In this document: positions 38,342 to 49,724 of the stretch, in pieces | How positions within the stretch are numbered: position 1 is the stretch's first letter | Layout of the letters: each line of letters opens with the position of its first letter | Source: Bdellovibrionales bacterium | Lineage (GTDB): Bacteria; Bdellovibrionota; Bdellovibrionia; Bdellovibrionales; JAGQZY01 | Direction of reading: 5' to 3' | Length of the DNA: 64,000 nucleotides | Assembly (NCBI GenBank): GCA_031426555.1 | Contig: JANPLN010000067.1 | Location: 13,369-77,368 of the forward strand | The notes under the pieces: generated by a model | Database searches by the model: none | Told to the model about the DNA's origin: nothing | What the model saw: only the letters and a program-made list of their open reading frames with translations | Program-made: the position numbers and the translations under genes

Positions 38342-38956
38342 TTATTGAAAAAACAGATAATATTGATTGTGATTATACTTCTTTAAAAAGAAATACTTTT
38401 TAGAGGGATCTTTCATTTTGCGGAGCGAATCGCGAATGGAAATGGCGCGAATGCATTTTTCGTCGAGCCGCTGCATGGACTCACACTCTTTGGGATAGGG
38501 TTCGTTGGGCGAAAACTGACTTACTGACAAACGAAATACAATGGAATTTTCCTCCGCCAACTGCTTAGCAAAAAACTCTTTGTAGAGTTTTTCGGTTTGC
38601 GCAGTTTCATCCAAAAACACACAGTGCTTGTCGCACTCTTCCTCGACGACACGAACTTGGTATTCACCTACGGGTGTTGTTTTCGTCTCTCTAAGAAGCT
38701 CTACTAAAATTTCGCGCGCAGCAGCTGACTGATTTGTGTCTGAATCCTCTTTGATCGAGTAAATCAGCCACTTTTTTGATTGAAGCTCTGGAAACAATCT
38801 CGCCGCTAAAGCCACAGCCACCTGCCTCGACGAATAGAATTCTGAAGGCTTGATCAGCGTCGCCACGCGCAGACTTATACCTCGAGTGACCAGGGAGATC
38901 ATAACAGCGGCGATGACCAGGACCATTGCAATAATGCCTAAAGTGACTTTTTTCAT
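38342..38956 (-). CDS. Hypothetical membrane-anchored protein
   Basis: N-terminal hydrophobic helix after MKK; start moved to ATG 38956. Confidence 0.7.
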   Translation of the reverse strand: MKKVTLGIIAMVLVIAAVMISLVTRGISLRVATLIKPSEFYSSRQVAVALAARLFPELQSKKWLIYSIKEDSDTNQSAAAREILVELLRETKTTPVGEYQVRVVEEECDKHCVFLDETAQTEKLYKEFFAKQLAEENSIVFRLSVSQFSPNEPYPKECESMQRLDEKCIRAISIRDSLRKMKDPSKKYFFLKKYNHNQYYLFFQ

Positions 38957-39061
38957 TGCTGGCAGATGACCAGATAACTGCTTGAAATTCCACAGTTGAC
39001 GCATTCTGCCTATCGGCTTTTTTGAAAGAGGCGTAAAACCTCAACAACAGAGGACTTGATC

Positions 39062-39790
39062 ATGAACCGACAGGTACCCACAAATTATTATTTGCTTATC
39101 GGCCGTGGACGTCTTGCCACGCATCTCGCCGCTTACTTCGAATTTAAGAACATTCCTTTTTTGCAATGGTCCCGCGTGGATGCTCTAGATGATCTTAAAA
39201 AATTTATTCTGCTGAGCAAGCGCACATTCCTCGCCATCTCCGACGACGCCATCGAACCGTTTATCACCACCCACCAGCTTCCACGCGAAAAAACTGTTCA
39301 TTTTTCGGGAGCTCTTTCCACTCCACTCGCATTTCAACTTCACCCGCTAATGACTTTTGTCAAAGAGCTTTACGAAAAAGAAACTTACGAAAGCATGGCG
39401 TTTGTTTCGGCGACTTCGGCGTTTGCAAACAACTCTCCAACCTTAAACGAATTGATCCCTGAACTTTCAAATAAACATTATTTTATTCCCGAAGGCCGCG
39501 AAGCTTTTTATCATGCCCTTTGTGTGCTCTCTGGCAACGGCACAACCCTTTTGTGGCAAGCCGCCATCGAACAATTTCAAAAAACCTTGGGACTGCCAGC
39601 CGAAGCGGTATGGCCCTACCTCGAACAAATTATTTTTAACTTACAAAAAAATCCAGCCACGGCTCTCACGGGACCGTGGGCTCGTAACGATCGCAAAACA
39701 ATTTTAAAAAATGAGCGAGCCCTGCAAAGTACAGCGCTAGGTACTTTGTATCAATCATTCCAAGGAGTTTATCATGAAGACCGTACTTGA
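39062..39790 (+). CDS. Rossmann/DUF2520 protein, probable alternative ketopantoate reductase (PanG-like)
   Basis: LIGRGRLA, DDAI, VHFSGA, HPLMTF, YHA, LTGPWARND; heads the pan operon. Confidence 0.8.
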   Translation: MNRQVPTNYYLLIGRGRLATHLAAYFEFKNIPFLQWSRVDALDDLKKFILLSKRTFLAISDDAIEPFITTHQLPREKTVHFSGALSTPLAFQLHPLMTFVKELYEKETYESMAFVSATSAFANNSPTLNELIPELSNKHYFIPEGREAFYHALCVLSGNGTTLLWQAAIEQFQKTLGLPAEAVWPYLEQIIFNLQKNPATALTGPWARNDRKTILKNERALQSTALGTLYQSFQGVYHEDRT

Positions 39791-40565
39791 TTTTGCCAAA
39801 AAGAAGCAGCTGGACAGCAAGTTTTCCATGGTCACCTGTTACGATTTTTGGAGTGCGCAAATTCTTGCGGCCTCCGACATCGACTGCATTTTGGTGGGCG
39901 ACAGCGCAGCCATGGTGATGCACGGTCACGACTCCACAGTCCCCATGGACATCAAGACCATGGCGGCCCATGTATCGGCGGTAAAAAAAGGCGCCCCCGA
40001 AAAATTTATCATCGCCGACATGCCTTTTCTCACCCATCGCAAGGGCACCAAGTACACCATGGATTGTGTTGAGCAGCTGATGCGCGCCGGAGCGAACTCG
40101 GTAAAAATCGAAGCACAGCCCGGGCACGAAAAAATCATCAAGCATGTTGTGGATTCTGGCGTTCCTGTGATGGGTCACATTGGCTTGACGCCGCAGTTTG
40201 TTCACCAGCTGGGCGGGTACAAGGTTCAGGGGCGAGACACCTCTTCAGCATTGCGACTCATGGCACTTGCAAAAATTCTTGAAGAGGCGGGTTGCTTCTC
40301 GCTTGTTCTGGAATGCATTCCAGAGCTGCTGGCTAAAAAGATCACGGCGCAGTTGCAAATTCCAACGATCGGTATTGGCTCAGGCAACAATACGGACGGC
40401 CAGGTGCTTGTTCTGCAAGATCTATTGGGCTGCCAAAAAACTTTTCAACCAAAATTTGTACGCCATTATACCAACTTATACGAAATCATTTTAGGCGCGG
40501 TGAATTCCTATCACAAAAGTGTGGCACAAAATGACTTTCCCTCTGAAAAAGAAGTTTATCAGTAA
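39774..40565 (+). CDS. panB: Ketopantoate hydroxymethyltransferase
   Basis: LVGDS, ADMPF, GHIGLTPQ, TIGIGSG, DGQVLV. Confidence 0.98.
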   Translation: MKTVLDFAKKKQLDSKFSMVTCYDFWSAQILAASDIDCILVGDSAAMVMHGHDSTVPMDIKTMAAHVSAVKKGAPEKFIIADMPFLTHRKGTKYTMDCVEQLMRAGANSVKIEAQPGHEKIIKHVVDSGVPVMGHIGLTPQFVHQLGGYKVQGRDTSSALRLMALAKILEEAGCFSLVLECIPELLAKKITAQLQIPTIGIGSGNNTDGQVLVLQDLLGCQKTFQPKFVRHYTNLYEIILGAVNSYHKSVAQNDFPSEKEVYQ

Positions 40566-40586
40566 AAATTTTATCAGTAAGGATTT

Positions 40587-41342
40587 ATGAAGATTGTAAC
40601 CTCTCCACGAGAAATGCAGAAGATTTTAAAAACCATGGCTCCACCGAGCATTGGGTTTGTTCCCACCATGGGAGCCCTCCACGAAGGACACCTTTCTTTG
40701 GTGAAAACTAGCCGGGAGCACAATTTGGTTTCTGTGGTGAGCATTTTTGTAAATCCCACTCAATTTGATAACCCAGAAGATCTCGAAAAATATCCCCGCA
40801 CTTTGGAACAAGATCAAAAGCTTCTCGAAGAAGCCAATGTGGATTTTCTATTTTTACCGAACGCCGCCGAAATGTACCAGGATCAGTTTAACTATTCGGT
40901 TGGCGAAAAAGAAAAAAACGCAATTCTTTGTGGATCCTCTCGCCCCGGTCATTTTTCGGGTGTGCTTACCGTGGTGTTAAAGCTTTTACAAATCATCCAA
41001 CCCACTCGAGCTTATTTTGGCGAAAAAGACTTTCAACAGGTGACCCTCGTTCGCGGTATGGTGGATGCGTTTTTTATTACCACAGAAATTGTCACGGTCT
41101 CCACCCAACGTGATGAGGCTGGCTTAGCTCTTAGCTCTCGAAATCGCAGGCTATCGGGTGACGGAATCAAAAAAGCGCAGACCTTCGCAAAAATCCTAAA
41201 AACAGCACCTTCAATTCAGTGGGCCGCCGACGAACTCAAAGCCAATGATATAGAAATTGACTATTTAGAAGACCATTGGGGGCGACGCTTTGCTGCCGTT
41301 TCCATCGAAAACGTAAGGCTGATTGATAATGTCCCTCTCTAA
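40587..41342 (+). CDS. panC: Pantoate--beta-alanine ligase
   Basis: GFVPTMGALHEGH, VNPTQF, FGEKDFQQ, RLIDN. Confidence 0.98.
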   Translation: MKIVTSPREMQKILKTMAPPSIGFVPTMGALHEGHLSLVKTSREHNLVSVVSIFVNPTQFDNPEDLEKYPRTLEQDQKLLEEANVDFLFLPNAAEMYQDQFNYSVGEKEKNAILCGSSRPGHFSGVLTVVLKLLQIIQPTRAYFGEKDFQQVTLVRGMVDAFFITTEIVTVSTQRDEAGLALSSRNRRLSGDGIKKAQTFAKILKTAPSIQWAADELKANDIEIDYLEDHWGRRFAAVSIENVRLIDNVPL

Positions 41343-42513
41343 CAAAAATATTCTTATCGGCATTTCGGGCTCCATCGCCACTTATAAAGTGTGCGAATTG
41401 ATCTCAAAGCTTAAAAAACAAAATGCCAACGTCAAAACCATTGCCACCGACTCCGCATTGCAATTTGTCGGCAAGGCCACCATTGAAGGTTTGTCAGGAA
41501 ATCCCGTTGTCACATCGGACTTTACCGATGGTCAGATGATGGCACACATTCAACTCGCCAAGTGGGCCGATGTTTTTATCATCGCACCCGCTACAGCGCA
41601 AACCGTCAACAGCTTATGTGCCGGCACCGGGCACTCACCGTTGATCTCTACTTACCTGGCTTATGATTTAAAAAAACCACTGCTTGTAGCTCCGGCAATG
41701 AACACGCAAATGCTGTTTCATCCAACTACACAACAGGCGTTCAAGCAGCTTTCCGCCTGGGGCTTGCGAATTCTTTCCTCGGACTCAGGCGATTTGGCCT
41801 GTGGGGATGTGGGAGAGGGTCGCCTTTTAGAACCTGACGTTTTATTCAACGAGATTCGCGCCGCCCTCTTCCCCACGTCAAAGCTGTCTATATTGATTAC
41901 TGCTGGCGGCACCAAAGTTCCCATCGATTCCGTACGCGCCATCACTAATACCAGTACGGGGCGAACCGGCACTTTGTTGGCTGAGTACTTTTCAAAAAGA
42001 CACTATTCGGTAGAATTGTTATTGAGCAAAGATGCCGAGGCTCCGGTCTTTACTAAAAACGTCGAGCGCTTTGAAACGTATTCTGATCTTTCAAAAATGC
42101 TCGAAGATAAGCTCAGAAAAAATAAATACGACTTGGTTATCCACTCCGCGGCAGTGAGCGATTTTGCTGTGGAAAGCATCGATGGAAAAAGTAAAATTCC
42201 CTCAGGCTCAAGCTTGGTTTTGAATCTTCATCCCACCGAAAAAATTATTGCCAAGATTAAAACCTGGAATCAAAACTGTAAGCTGATAGGGTTTAAACTC
42301 ACCGATACGCCTAGCGAAGAAAACCGTCAGCATGCTATTAAAAAACTATTCACCCAATCAGCGGATTGGGTAATTCACAACGATCTTTCGCAAATCACAG
42401 AAAATTCGCATCAATTTCAGCTTTTCGACGCTAAAAAGAAAATTGCAGTTTGCAATCAAAAGCAGGAATTAGGTCCGCTGATCGAAAATTCCATTTTGAA
42501 GGAGCTCTTATGA
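41329..42513 (+). CDS. coaBC: Bifunctional PPC decarboxylase/PPC synthetase
   Basis: [32 protein letters not shown]...IDSVRAITN. Confidence 0.96.
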   Translation: MSLSNKNILIGISGSIATYKVCELISKLKKQNANVKTIATDSALQFVGKATIEGLSGNPVVTSDFTDGQMMAHIQLAKWADVFIIAPATAQTVNSLCAGTGHSPLISTYLAYDLKKPLLVAPAMNTQMLFHPTTQQAFKQLSAWGLRILSSDSGDLACGDVGEGRLLEPDVLFNEIRAALFPTSKLSILITAGGTKVPIDSVRAITNTSTGRTGTLLAEYFSKRHYSVELLLSKDAEAPVFTKNVERFETYSDLSKMLEDKLRKNKYDLVIHSAAVSDFAVESIDGKSKIPSGSSLVLNLHPTEKIIAKIKTWNQNCKLIGFKLTDTPSEENRQHAIKKLFTQSADWVIHNDLSQITENSHQFQLFDAKKKIAVCNQKQELGPLIENSILKELL

Positions 42514-43325
42514 TTTTGTGTCTTGATGTGGGGAACACCCAAATTCACGGCGGGGTTTTTGATAAAGACAAGCTTGTGTTCCAATTCCGAAAAACCTCAA
42601 AAGACCAGTCGTCGTCTGATGAATTTGGTTTATTTTTAAAAGCGATCTTGCGCGAAAACGGCGTGGACCCCGAAAAAATAACCCAAATTGCCTTTTGCTC
42701 TGTGGTTCCCAGCGTGATGCATTCCCTGCGCGGTGCTTGCACCAAGTACTTCAAGCTTCAGCCATTTATTTTGCAAACCGGTGTTAAAACTGGATTGCGA
42801 ATTAAGTACAAAAACCCATCCGAAGTGGGCAGCGATCGAATCGCCAATACAATTGCAGCGACTCATCTTTACCCTTCACAAAATATTATCATTGTGGACT
42901 TTGGAACCGCCACCACAGTTTGCGTGATCACGAAAGACAAAGATTATTTGGGTGGCGCGATTCTCCCAGGAATTCGTATCTCCATGGAAGCATTGGAAAG
43001 CAAAACAGCAAAACTCCCGCGCGTGGAGATTATGAAAAAAGACGAGGTGGTCGGGCAAACTACCGTGGACAGCATGCAGATTGGTTTGTACTACGGCCAA
43101 ATGGGAATGGTGCGTGAGATTGTAGCCCGTTCCAAAGCCGAAGCGTTTCCCAACGAGGAGTGTTTGGTGATCGGCACAGGCGGATTCTCCACCTTGTTCG
43201 ACAAAACAAACACCTTCGATCTCGCCATACCCGATCTCGCTCTCAGAGGATTATTTTTATCATTAAAATTGAACACATTAAAAGAGGTCAAAGATGTCAA
43301 TGTCAGTAACCCTGCTCAAATCTAA
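42510..43325 (+). CDS. coaX: Type III pantothenate kinase
   Basis: [34 protein letters not shown] before ATG 42510. Confidence 0.96.
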   Translation: MILCLDVGNTQIHGGVFDKDKLVFQFRKTSKDQSSSDEFGLFLKAILRENGVDPEKITQIAFCSVVPSVMHSLRGACTKYFKLQPFILQTGVKTGLRIKYKNPSEVGSDRIANTIAATHLYPSQNIIIVDFGTATTVCVITKDKDYLGGAILPGIRISMEALESKTAKLPRVEIMKKDEVVGQTTVDSMQIGLYYGQMGMVREIVARSKAEAFPNEECLVIGTGGFSTLFDKTNTFDLAIPDLALRGLFLSLKLNTLKEVKDVNVSNPAQI

Positions 43326-43656
43326 AATTCATCGCGCGACAGTCACCGACGCCAACCTGGAATACGAAGGCTCCGTTTCCATCTGTCCAAAATTGATCGA
43401 AGCGGCAAAACTTTTGATCCATGAACAGATCGATGTTTACAACTGTAACAACGGCGAACGCTTCACAACTTATGTGATCAAAGGCAAAGAGGGCGAAATC
43501 TGTTTAAACGGTGCCGCTGCTCGCAAGGTGCAAAAAGGCGATCTTGTGATACTAGCGACGTATGCAAGCATGCCCGACACCGAAGCCTTCGAATTTAAAC
43601 CCTCAGTTGTGATGGTGACTTCACGCAACGAAGTCAAAAACCTCCACCGCCCGTAA
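43294..43656 (+). CDS. panD: Aspartate 1-decarboxylase
   Basis: [14 protein letters not shown] autocleavage site, [15 protein letters not shown]. Confidence 0.97.
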   Translation: MSMSVTLLKSKIHRATVTDANLEYEGSVSICPKLIEAAKLLIHEQIDVYNCNNGERFTTYVIKGKEGEICLNGAAARKVQKGDLVILATYASMPDTEAFEFKPSVVMVTSRNEVKNLHRP

Positions 43657-43721
43657 TAGTTACCTAGTACATAGAAGGGATTCAGTGAAATGAAGGCAGC
43701 GATGAAACATGAGGATATAAT

Positions 43722-44189
43722 TTAAGTTCTCGTCAAAGCGAAATCGTCTTTTTTCACAACGCTGATTTGGCCTGTTTCTTCGAGTGTGGCGATTTCAACG
43801 TCCGAGATTTCTTTAATACCTGCTTTCCTCATACCAGCCTGTACATCTTCCTTCGTCACACCTTCTTTCTTTAAGTTTTCTTCGATAAATGCACCCGACC
43901 GGACAAGCTCTGATGGAGATCCTCGCACCAGGTCGCGTAATTTGGGAAAGCGGTTCCCCAAGTAGGTTCCCAAAAAGTGAAGCCCACTCACAACAACGAT
44001 AAATAAAATGACATTTGTAACACCTTTGTGTTGGCACTCCTGCTGAATGGCTACTGCAATAGAGATCAAAATTACCAAATCGAATGTTGTCACCTGACCC
44101 GAATGGCGTTTACCAAACACCCTAAATATTCCAATTATGCTAAAGTAAAAAATTGCGGCGTGAAATATTTTTATCAAATAATCGTTCAT
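43722..44189 (-). CDS. DUF421/YetF-family membrane protein
   Basis: GKRHSGQVTTFDLV, LEETGQISV; ATG 44189 preferred. Confidence 0.85.
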   Translation of the reverse strand: MNDYLIKIFHAAIFYFSIIGIFRVFGKRHSGQVTTFDLVILISIAVAIQQECQHKGVTNVILFIVVVSGLHFLGTYLGNRFPKLRDLVRGSPSELVRSGAFIEENLKKEGVTKEDVQAGMRKAGIKEISDVEIATLEETGQISVVKKDDFALTRT

Positions 44190-44401
44190 AACTTTAGTTC
44201 CTTTAAACAGCCTCACGGCGCCAAGTCTTCTTGCCGGATACAATGTTGCTTCCGCTTTTCTTGAAAATCAAAAAGAGCAATATGGAGTCCAACTTTCTGG
44301 TGCTTTTTGGCTAGGAAATAAAACATTACTCAGGTGCTTTGCTGGGTAATATTGTACGCCATGTGTACTATTTGAACGTTACACTTCATCTACCGGTCTA
44401 T

Positions 44402-45310
44402 TTAAAAATCGCCGGCGAGAGACAGGCGTGAGACGAGGGGGCGGCCAAGCTGTTTGGTCATCCACTCTGTGGTTTTGATGAGTTTATCAAGATCGAGACC
44501 TGTGCGATAGCCCATGCCTTCGAGCAAGTACACAACGTCTTCAGTCGCCACGTTGCCAGCAGCTCCTGGAGCGTAGGGGCAGCCACCCAACCCGCCAATA
44601 CTGGAATCAAACACCGTTACACCAAAACGCAGACTTTCCGCAATATTCGCTAAAGCTGTTCCACGCGTGTCGTGAAAGTGCATAGCGGTTTTAGTTATCC
44701 ATTTATTTTTTTGAATCTGCTGCAAAAGTTCTTTCACCTGCTTGGGTGTGGCAACACCTATGGTGTCTCCGATGGAGAGCTCGTAAATGCCAAGCTCAAA
44801 AAATCGCTCGATCACGCCCATGGCTTGCTTTACTGAAATTCGCCCCTCATACGGGCACCCAAAAGCCGTACTCACATAGCCACGCACGCGAATTCGATCG
44901 CTCTTTGCGTTTTCCAAAACCTCGGAAAACTTTTTAAAGGAGTCATTGACGGAGCTATTGATGTTACGTTGTGAAAAGGTTTCGGAGACGGCTCCAAAGA
45001 TAGCAACCTCTTTCACACCGACAGCCACCGCTTGATCATAGCCCATTAAATTGGGAACTAGCGCACTCCAGCGAACAGCTGATGATATTTTATTACTTTT
45101 TTGCGCCTTAAAAAGTTTCTGAATCAAAGTACCTGAGTCTGCCATTTGTGGGACCCACTTTGGCGAAACAAAAGCTCCCGCTTCGATTCTTTTAAGGCCG
45201 GCCCCGGCAAGTCGCTTTGCAAACTCATAACGCTGTTCTTGCGTTAGATGGACGGCTTCGTTTTGTAAACCATCACGCATTCCAACTTCGACGATCTCGA
45301 CCTTACTCAT
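44402..45310 (-). CDS. hmgL: Hydroxymethylglutaryl-CoA lyase (LiuE-like)
   Basis: EVGMRDGLQNE, HFHDTRG, GLGGCPYAPGAAGNVATED. Confidence 0.95.
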   Translation of the reverse strand: MSKVEIVEVGMRDGLQNEAVHLTQEQRYEFAKRLAGAGLKRIEAGAFVSPKWVPQMADSGTLIQKLFKAQKSNKISSAVRWSALVPNLMGYDQAVAVGVKEVAIFGAVSETFSQRNINSSVNDSFKKFSEVLENAKSDRIRVRGYVSTAFGCPYEGRISVKQAMGVIERFFELGIYELSIGDTIGVATPKQVKELLQQIQKNKWITKTAMHFHDTRGTALANIAESLRFGVTVFDSSIGGLGGCPYAPGAAGNVATEDVVYLLEGMGYRTGLDLDKLIKTTEWMTKQLGRPLVSRLSLAGDF

Positions 45311-45677
45311 TGATTTCCTTGAGTTGAACTAGCAAGTCACCTAAAGCCACCTGTTGGCCGGCTGTGCACGGACGCGTGGCGACCGTGCCAACAATCGACG
45401 CCTTTAACGAATACTCCATTTTCATAGCCTCCATAACAATCAACGTTTGCCCGGGCACAACTTTGTCGCCAGCTCCGCACATCACCTTGATAATTTTTCC
45501 AGGCATGGGCGCACGAATGCGAGAGGGATCCGCCTCTTGCTGCTGCTGTTTACCAGCGCGCTTGTTTTGCACCTCCACCGAACGCGTTTGCCCGTTCATA
45601 TGGATCCATATATGCGTTGCTGTTCGCAGCACAGTGGCTTTGAGACGCTCGTTTTCTACAGTGACTGGTAATTTCAT
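45303..45677 (-). CDS. Biotin carboxyl carrier subunit
   Basis: APMPGKI, EAMKME; ATGA overlap with the upstream gene. Confidence 0.92.
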   Translation of the reverse strand: MKLPVTVENERLKATVLRTATHIWIHMNGQTRSVEVQNKRAGKQQQQEADPSRIRAPMPGKIIKVMCGAGDKVVPGQTLIVMEAMKMEYSLKASIVGTVATRPCTAGQQVALGDLLVQLKEINE

Positions 45678-47179
45678 GAAGTTCTCCATGCATGCACCCA
45701 AGGATTGGCCGAGGACTGTCGGGAATCAGCCCCACCTGATATTTTCACAGTGAGCACAGACTTTTCCACCAAAAGATTTTCCTGCTCCGTCAGTGGCTGC
45801 GACTTGGCCCCTGCGGAAAAATGCGTTTGAATAAAATTCGTCGTTAAACTTCCATCGACAAATTCTGGATGCTGGAGCATCTCCACTAAAAATGGAATAT
45901 TTGTTTTAACGCCAAAGATGACGGTTTCTTTAAGCGTTTCGATCATTTTCATAATAGCCCGTGGACGACTCTCATCCCATACAATCACTTTTGCGATCAT
46001 CGAGTCGTAATAAGGAGTGATGGGGTCGCCAGCTTCAAAACCATAATCAAAACGTCGACCGGGTCCATCGGGAAATTTTTGAAAAAGGATTTCGCCCGTT
46101 GATGGTACTCCAGGTGTAAAGGGATCCTCCGCACAAATTCGGCACTCAATAGCGTGCCCACGGGGTTTCAGTTTGTCTTGCGACCAAAGAGCCGTGCGAC
46201 TCATCATTGTCAGAATTTGGGCTTTCACTAAATCCACACCCATCACCATCTCTGTGACCGGATGCTCAACCTGTAAACGCGTATTCATTTCCATAAAATA
46301 ATACTGGCCCTTTTGCACCAAAAACTCCACGGTGCCAGCGCCCACGTAATTCACTTTTTTGGCCAAACGCACCGCCGCCGCCAAAATTTTCTCGCGCATT
46401 TCGGGATCTAATGTTGTTGCGATGGATTCCTCGATCACTTTTTGATGCCGACGTTGAGCCGAGCAATCGCGCTCGTACAAATGCACAACTTGTCCCGCCA
46501 GATCGCCAAATACTTGCACCTCAATGTGTTTTGCCTCATCTAAATATTTTTCCAAGAATACTTGGCTAGATCCAAACGCGCTCTGCGCCTCGCGCTGTGC
46601 GGATTTTATTAATTCTTCGGCTTCTTTGTAGTCGCGAACAATTTTCATACCCCGACCGCCGCCGCCAGCCGCCGCTTTTACAATAACGGGATAGCCAATT
46701 TTTTCACACTCGCGCATCAAAAAATTGCTGTCTTGGTTCTCACCGTTGTAACCGGGAATGGTGGGTATTTTTTCTTCCTGAACAAAAGTCTTCGCAGTGA
46801 TTTTATCACCCAAGTCGCGGATAGCTTGCGGCCAGGGGCCGATAAACGTAATTTTATTATCTAAGCACGCCTGTGCAAAATCCGCGTTTTCCGACAAAAA
46901 GCCAAAACCAGGATGAACGGCATCTGCGCCGCAACTCAAAATACCCTGGATGTTATTGTCGATGGATAGATAACTTTTACTCAGCTCTGCGGGACCGATA
47001 CAAACGGTTTCGTCGCTGAGTCGAAAGGCCCGCGTTCGAGTGTCGGCCTCTGAGTGCAAAAGAACTGTTTTAATTCCCAGTTCTTGGCACGCGCGAATCA
47101 CCCGCACAGCCACTTCGCCGCGGTTGGCAATGGCCACTTTTTTAATTTCCTTCATTGAGGGTGTCATGACAGAATTCAT
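45674..47179 (-). CDS. Biotin carboxylase subunit (methylcrotonyl-CoA carboxylase alpha-like)
   Basis: IANRGEVA, HPGFGFLSEN, GGGGRGM, EMNTRLQVEHPVTE. Confidence 0.93.
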   Translation of the reverse strand: MNSVMTPSMKEIKKVAIANRGEVAVRVIRACQELGIKTVLLHSEADTRTRAFRLSDETVCIGPAELSKSYLSIDNNIQGILSCGADAVHPGFGFLSENADFAQACLDNKITFIGPWPQAIRDLGDKITAKTFVQEEKIPTIPGYNGENQDSNFLMRECEKIGYPVIVKAAAGGGGRGMKIVRDYKEAEELIKSAQREAQSAFGSSQVFLEKYLDEAKHIEVQVFGDLAGQVVHLYERDCSAQRRHQKVIEESIATTLDPEMREKILAAAVRLAKKVNYVGAGTVEFLVQKGQYYFMEMNTRLQVEHPVTEMVMGVDLVKAQILTMMSRTALWSQDKLKPRGHAIECRICAEDPFTPGVPSTGEILFQKFPDGPGRRFDYGFEAGDPITPYYDSMIAKVIVWDESRPRAIMKMIETLKETVIFGVKTNIPFLVEMLQHPEFVDGSLTTNFIQTHFSAGAKSQPLTEQENLLVEKSVLTVKISGGADSRQSSANPWVHAWRTS

Positions 47180-47952
47180 ACTGACCTCCAGCTGGGAGAA
47201 CGCTTTTCTAAAAAGCCTTTAATTCCCTCTTGCCCCTCAGTGCCAACTCGTAGTTTAGCAATCAGGTCAGTTGTTTGTTTTTTTAATTTTGCAGATGACG
47301 ACTCTCTTGCGATTTTTCTAAGCAGAGATTTTGTTTCGCGAACCGCTTGCGGTCCGTTGGCCAAAAAAGATTTGTTCAACTTTTCTAAAACAACTTGAGG
47401 TTGGCTTGTCACTTCGTGCACGAGGCCCATGTCTTTTGCTTGTTGAGCCGTAAAAACCTCTCCGCTCAAAAACCAACGACTCATTTGTGAAAGCTCCATT
47501 TTGTTTTTAACAAAGGCGCTGATGACGGCTGGGGACAGTCCCAGTTTGACTTCACTAAAACAAAATTCTGTCTTTTCGTGTGCGACCACAATGTCACAAA
47601 CGGCAAGTAAACCCAGGGCTCCGCCCATGGCATGCCCCTGCGCCACCCCAATGAGTGGACAAGGCAGGTCGTACATCGCCTGAAACATATCAAAGAGTTT
47701 TTCAGCATCTTTTTTATTTTGTGCGCGGCTAAAGCTGAACATGGATTTCATCCACGCTAAATCAGCGCCGGCACAAAAGCTCTCACCCTCACCCGACAGC
47801 ACCACACATCTGACGTCTTTGTTCTTCTTTAGATCTTTAAAAGCTAACGTCAGCTCGGAAATCATCTCGGGATGAAATGCATTTCGCACCTGGGGGCGGT
47901 TGAGCGAAACATGTAAAATTGTTTTATCGTTTTTTACTATTAGTGTCTTCAT
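47176..47952 (-). CDS. liuC: Enoyl-CoA hydratase, probable methylglutaconyl-CoA hydratase
   Basis: LNRPQVRNAF, FCAGADLAWM, SEVKLGL; operon context. Confidence 0.85.
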   Translation of the reverse strand: MKTLIVKNDKTILHVSLNRPQVRNAFHPEMISELTLAFKDLKKNKDVRCVVLSGEGESFCAGADLAWMKSMFSFSRAQNKKDAEKLFDMFQAMYDLPCPLIGVAQGHAMGGALGLLAVCDIVVAHEKTEFCFSEVKLGLSPAVISAFVKNKMELSQMSRWFLSGEVFTAQQAKDMGLVHEVTSQPQVVLEKLNKSFLANGPQAVRETKSLLRKIARESSSAKLKKQTTDLIAKLRVGTEGQEGIKGFLEKRSPSWRSV

Positions 47953-49547
47953 TACATCCTCAAAACGCCCTGGCCAGTGGGTGCCCATGGCGAATTAAAA
48001 CTGGCACTCAATCCCAACGCAAGCACCTTGCGCGTGTCGCGAGGATCGATGATCCCATCATCCCACAAGCGGGCCGTCGAGTAATAGGCCGAGCTTTCAT
48101 TTTCGTATTTTTTTAAAATTGGCTCTTTAAACTTTTTCTGTTCGTCAGCAGACATTTGCGTATCTTGCTCTAATTTCACCGTCAAAAGAACATTGGCCGC
48201 TTGTTCTCCACCCATCACGGAAATGCGCGCGTTGGGCCACATCCAGAGTTGGCGTGGCTGGAAAGCGCGCCCACACATTCCATAATTTCCTGCGCCGTAG
48301 GAGCCGCCAATGATCACCGTGAATTTGGGAACAGACGCATTGCTCACTGCCATCACCATTTTAGCGCCGTGTTTGGCGATGCCTTCGTTTTCGTACTTTT
48401 GCCCCACCATAAAGCCGGTGATGTTTTGCAGAAAGACGAGAGGAATTCTTCGCTGCTCACACAGCTCAATAAAGTGCGTCGCTTTGAGAGCGGACTCACT
48501 AAAAATAACTCCGTTGTTTGCGATAATACCCACCGGGATTCCAAAAATATGCGCAAAGCCAGTGACGATGGTGGTCGCGTAGTTTTGTTTGAACTCATGA
48601 AAGTCGCTGCCATCCACAATTCGCGCAATCACTTCGTGCACGTCAAAGGGTTGCCGAGAGTCCTCTGGAATCAAACCTAAGATTTCATCGCGAGCATACT
48701 CTGGCTCTTGAATAGCTTTCAACACGACAGGCATCAGACGTTTACGGTTGAGGTGCGACACGATGTCGCGACAAATTAGAATGGCGTCGGCATCATCTTC
48801 AGCAAAATGATCCGTCACTCCGCTGACCGAGCAGTGCACCTGAGCCCCGCCCAAATCCTGGGCCGAGACCACTTCTCCCGTCGCCGCTTTCACAAGAGGG
48901 GGTCCGCCCAAAAAGATGGTGCCATTGTTTTTTACAATGATGTTTTCGTCGCTCATGGCCGGCACATAGGCACCGCCAGCAGTGCAGCTTCCCATGACCA
49001 CCGCAATCTGTGGGATCCCTAAAGCCGACATTCTCGCTTGATTATAAAAAATTCGGCCAAAGTGATCGCGATCTGGAAACACCTCATCCTGTTTTGGCAA
49101 AAACGCGCCACCACTGTCCACAAGATAAATACAAGGGAGGCCATTTTCCAAGGCCACTTCTTGGGCGCGAAGATGCTTTTTCACTGTCATCGGAAAGTAA
49201 GTTCCCCCTTTGACGGTGGCATCATTGCTGACCACTACACACTCTTGGCCCGAAATCATTCCAATTCCCGTGACAACACCAGCGCTGGGGGCCGCACCTT
49301 CGTACAACTCCCATGCGGCCAAAACCGAAAATTCTAAAAACTGACTGCCCGGATCGATCAAATTTTGAATTCGCTCGCGAGCCGTCATTTTTCCGCGGGC
49401 CTTGTGCTTTTTTACAGCATCAACACCGCCACCCGCATGGGCTTTATCGAGATTTTTCTGCAGCTCGAGAACCAAGGACTTCATCCACTTTTGATTTTGT
49501 TGAAACTCTTCGCTACCGGTGGAGAGATTCGATGTTAAAAATGGCAT
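47952..49547 (-). CDS. liuB: Methylcrotonyl-CoA carboxylase beta (carboxyltransferase)
   Basis: [47 protein letters not shown]. Confidence 0.93.
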   Translation of the reverse strand: MPFLTSNLSTGSEEFQQNQKWMKSLVLELQKNLDKAHAGGGVDAVKKHKARGKMTARERIQNLIDPGSQFLEFSVLAAWELYEGAAPSAGVVTGIGMISGQECVVVSNDATVKGGTYFPMTVKKHLRAQEVALENGLPCIYLVDSGGAFLPKQDEVFPDRDHFGRIFYNQARMSALGIPQIAVVMGSCTAGGAYVPAMSDENIIVKNNGTIFLGGPPLVKAATGEVVSAQDLGGAQVHCSVSGVTDHFAEDDADAILICRDIVSHLNRKRLMPVVLKAIQEPEYARDEILGLIPEDSRQPFDVHEVIARIVDGSDFHEFKQNYATTIVTGFAHIFGIPVGIIANNGVIFSESALKATHFIELCEQRRIPLVFLQNITGFMVGQKYENEGIAKHGAKMVMAVSNASVPKFTVIIGGSYGAGNYGMCGRAFQPRQLWMWPNARISVMGGEQAANVLLTVKLEQDTQMSADEQKKFKEPILKKYENESSAYYSTARLWDDGIIDPRDTRKVLALGLSASFNSPWAPTGQGVLRM

Positions 49548-49724
49548 GCAACCCCCGAGAATTAAACCCCAGATCCTAAGATCGAGGTGAGATAAAAAGT
49601 TAAGTTATAGTCTGTCCTCGACAATTTCAAGCCGCGTCAATGCTTTTGCAACGTATCAGTTTTCTCTTGGGACACTTGGGTTTTTTGGTATAAGCTAAAA
49701 GCAGTCTTCGAAAGTTGAGGTCCC

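Noticed and set aside
39010..39037. sigma28 promoter (GCCGATAG) for the gene at 38342-38956
   Set aside because: Good -10 but poor -35 (TTTAC); insufficient support.
39038..39055. Regulatory RNA before the pan operon (CCTC/GAGG hairpin over the SD)
   Set aside because: Only 4 bp of pairing; no recognisable riboswitch.
44316..44350. Terminator after hmgL on the minus strand
   Set aside because: AT-rich stem with a mismatch and an interrupted U-tract; too weak.
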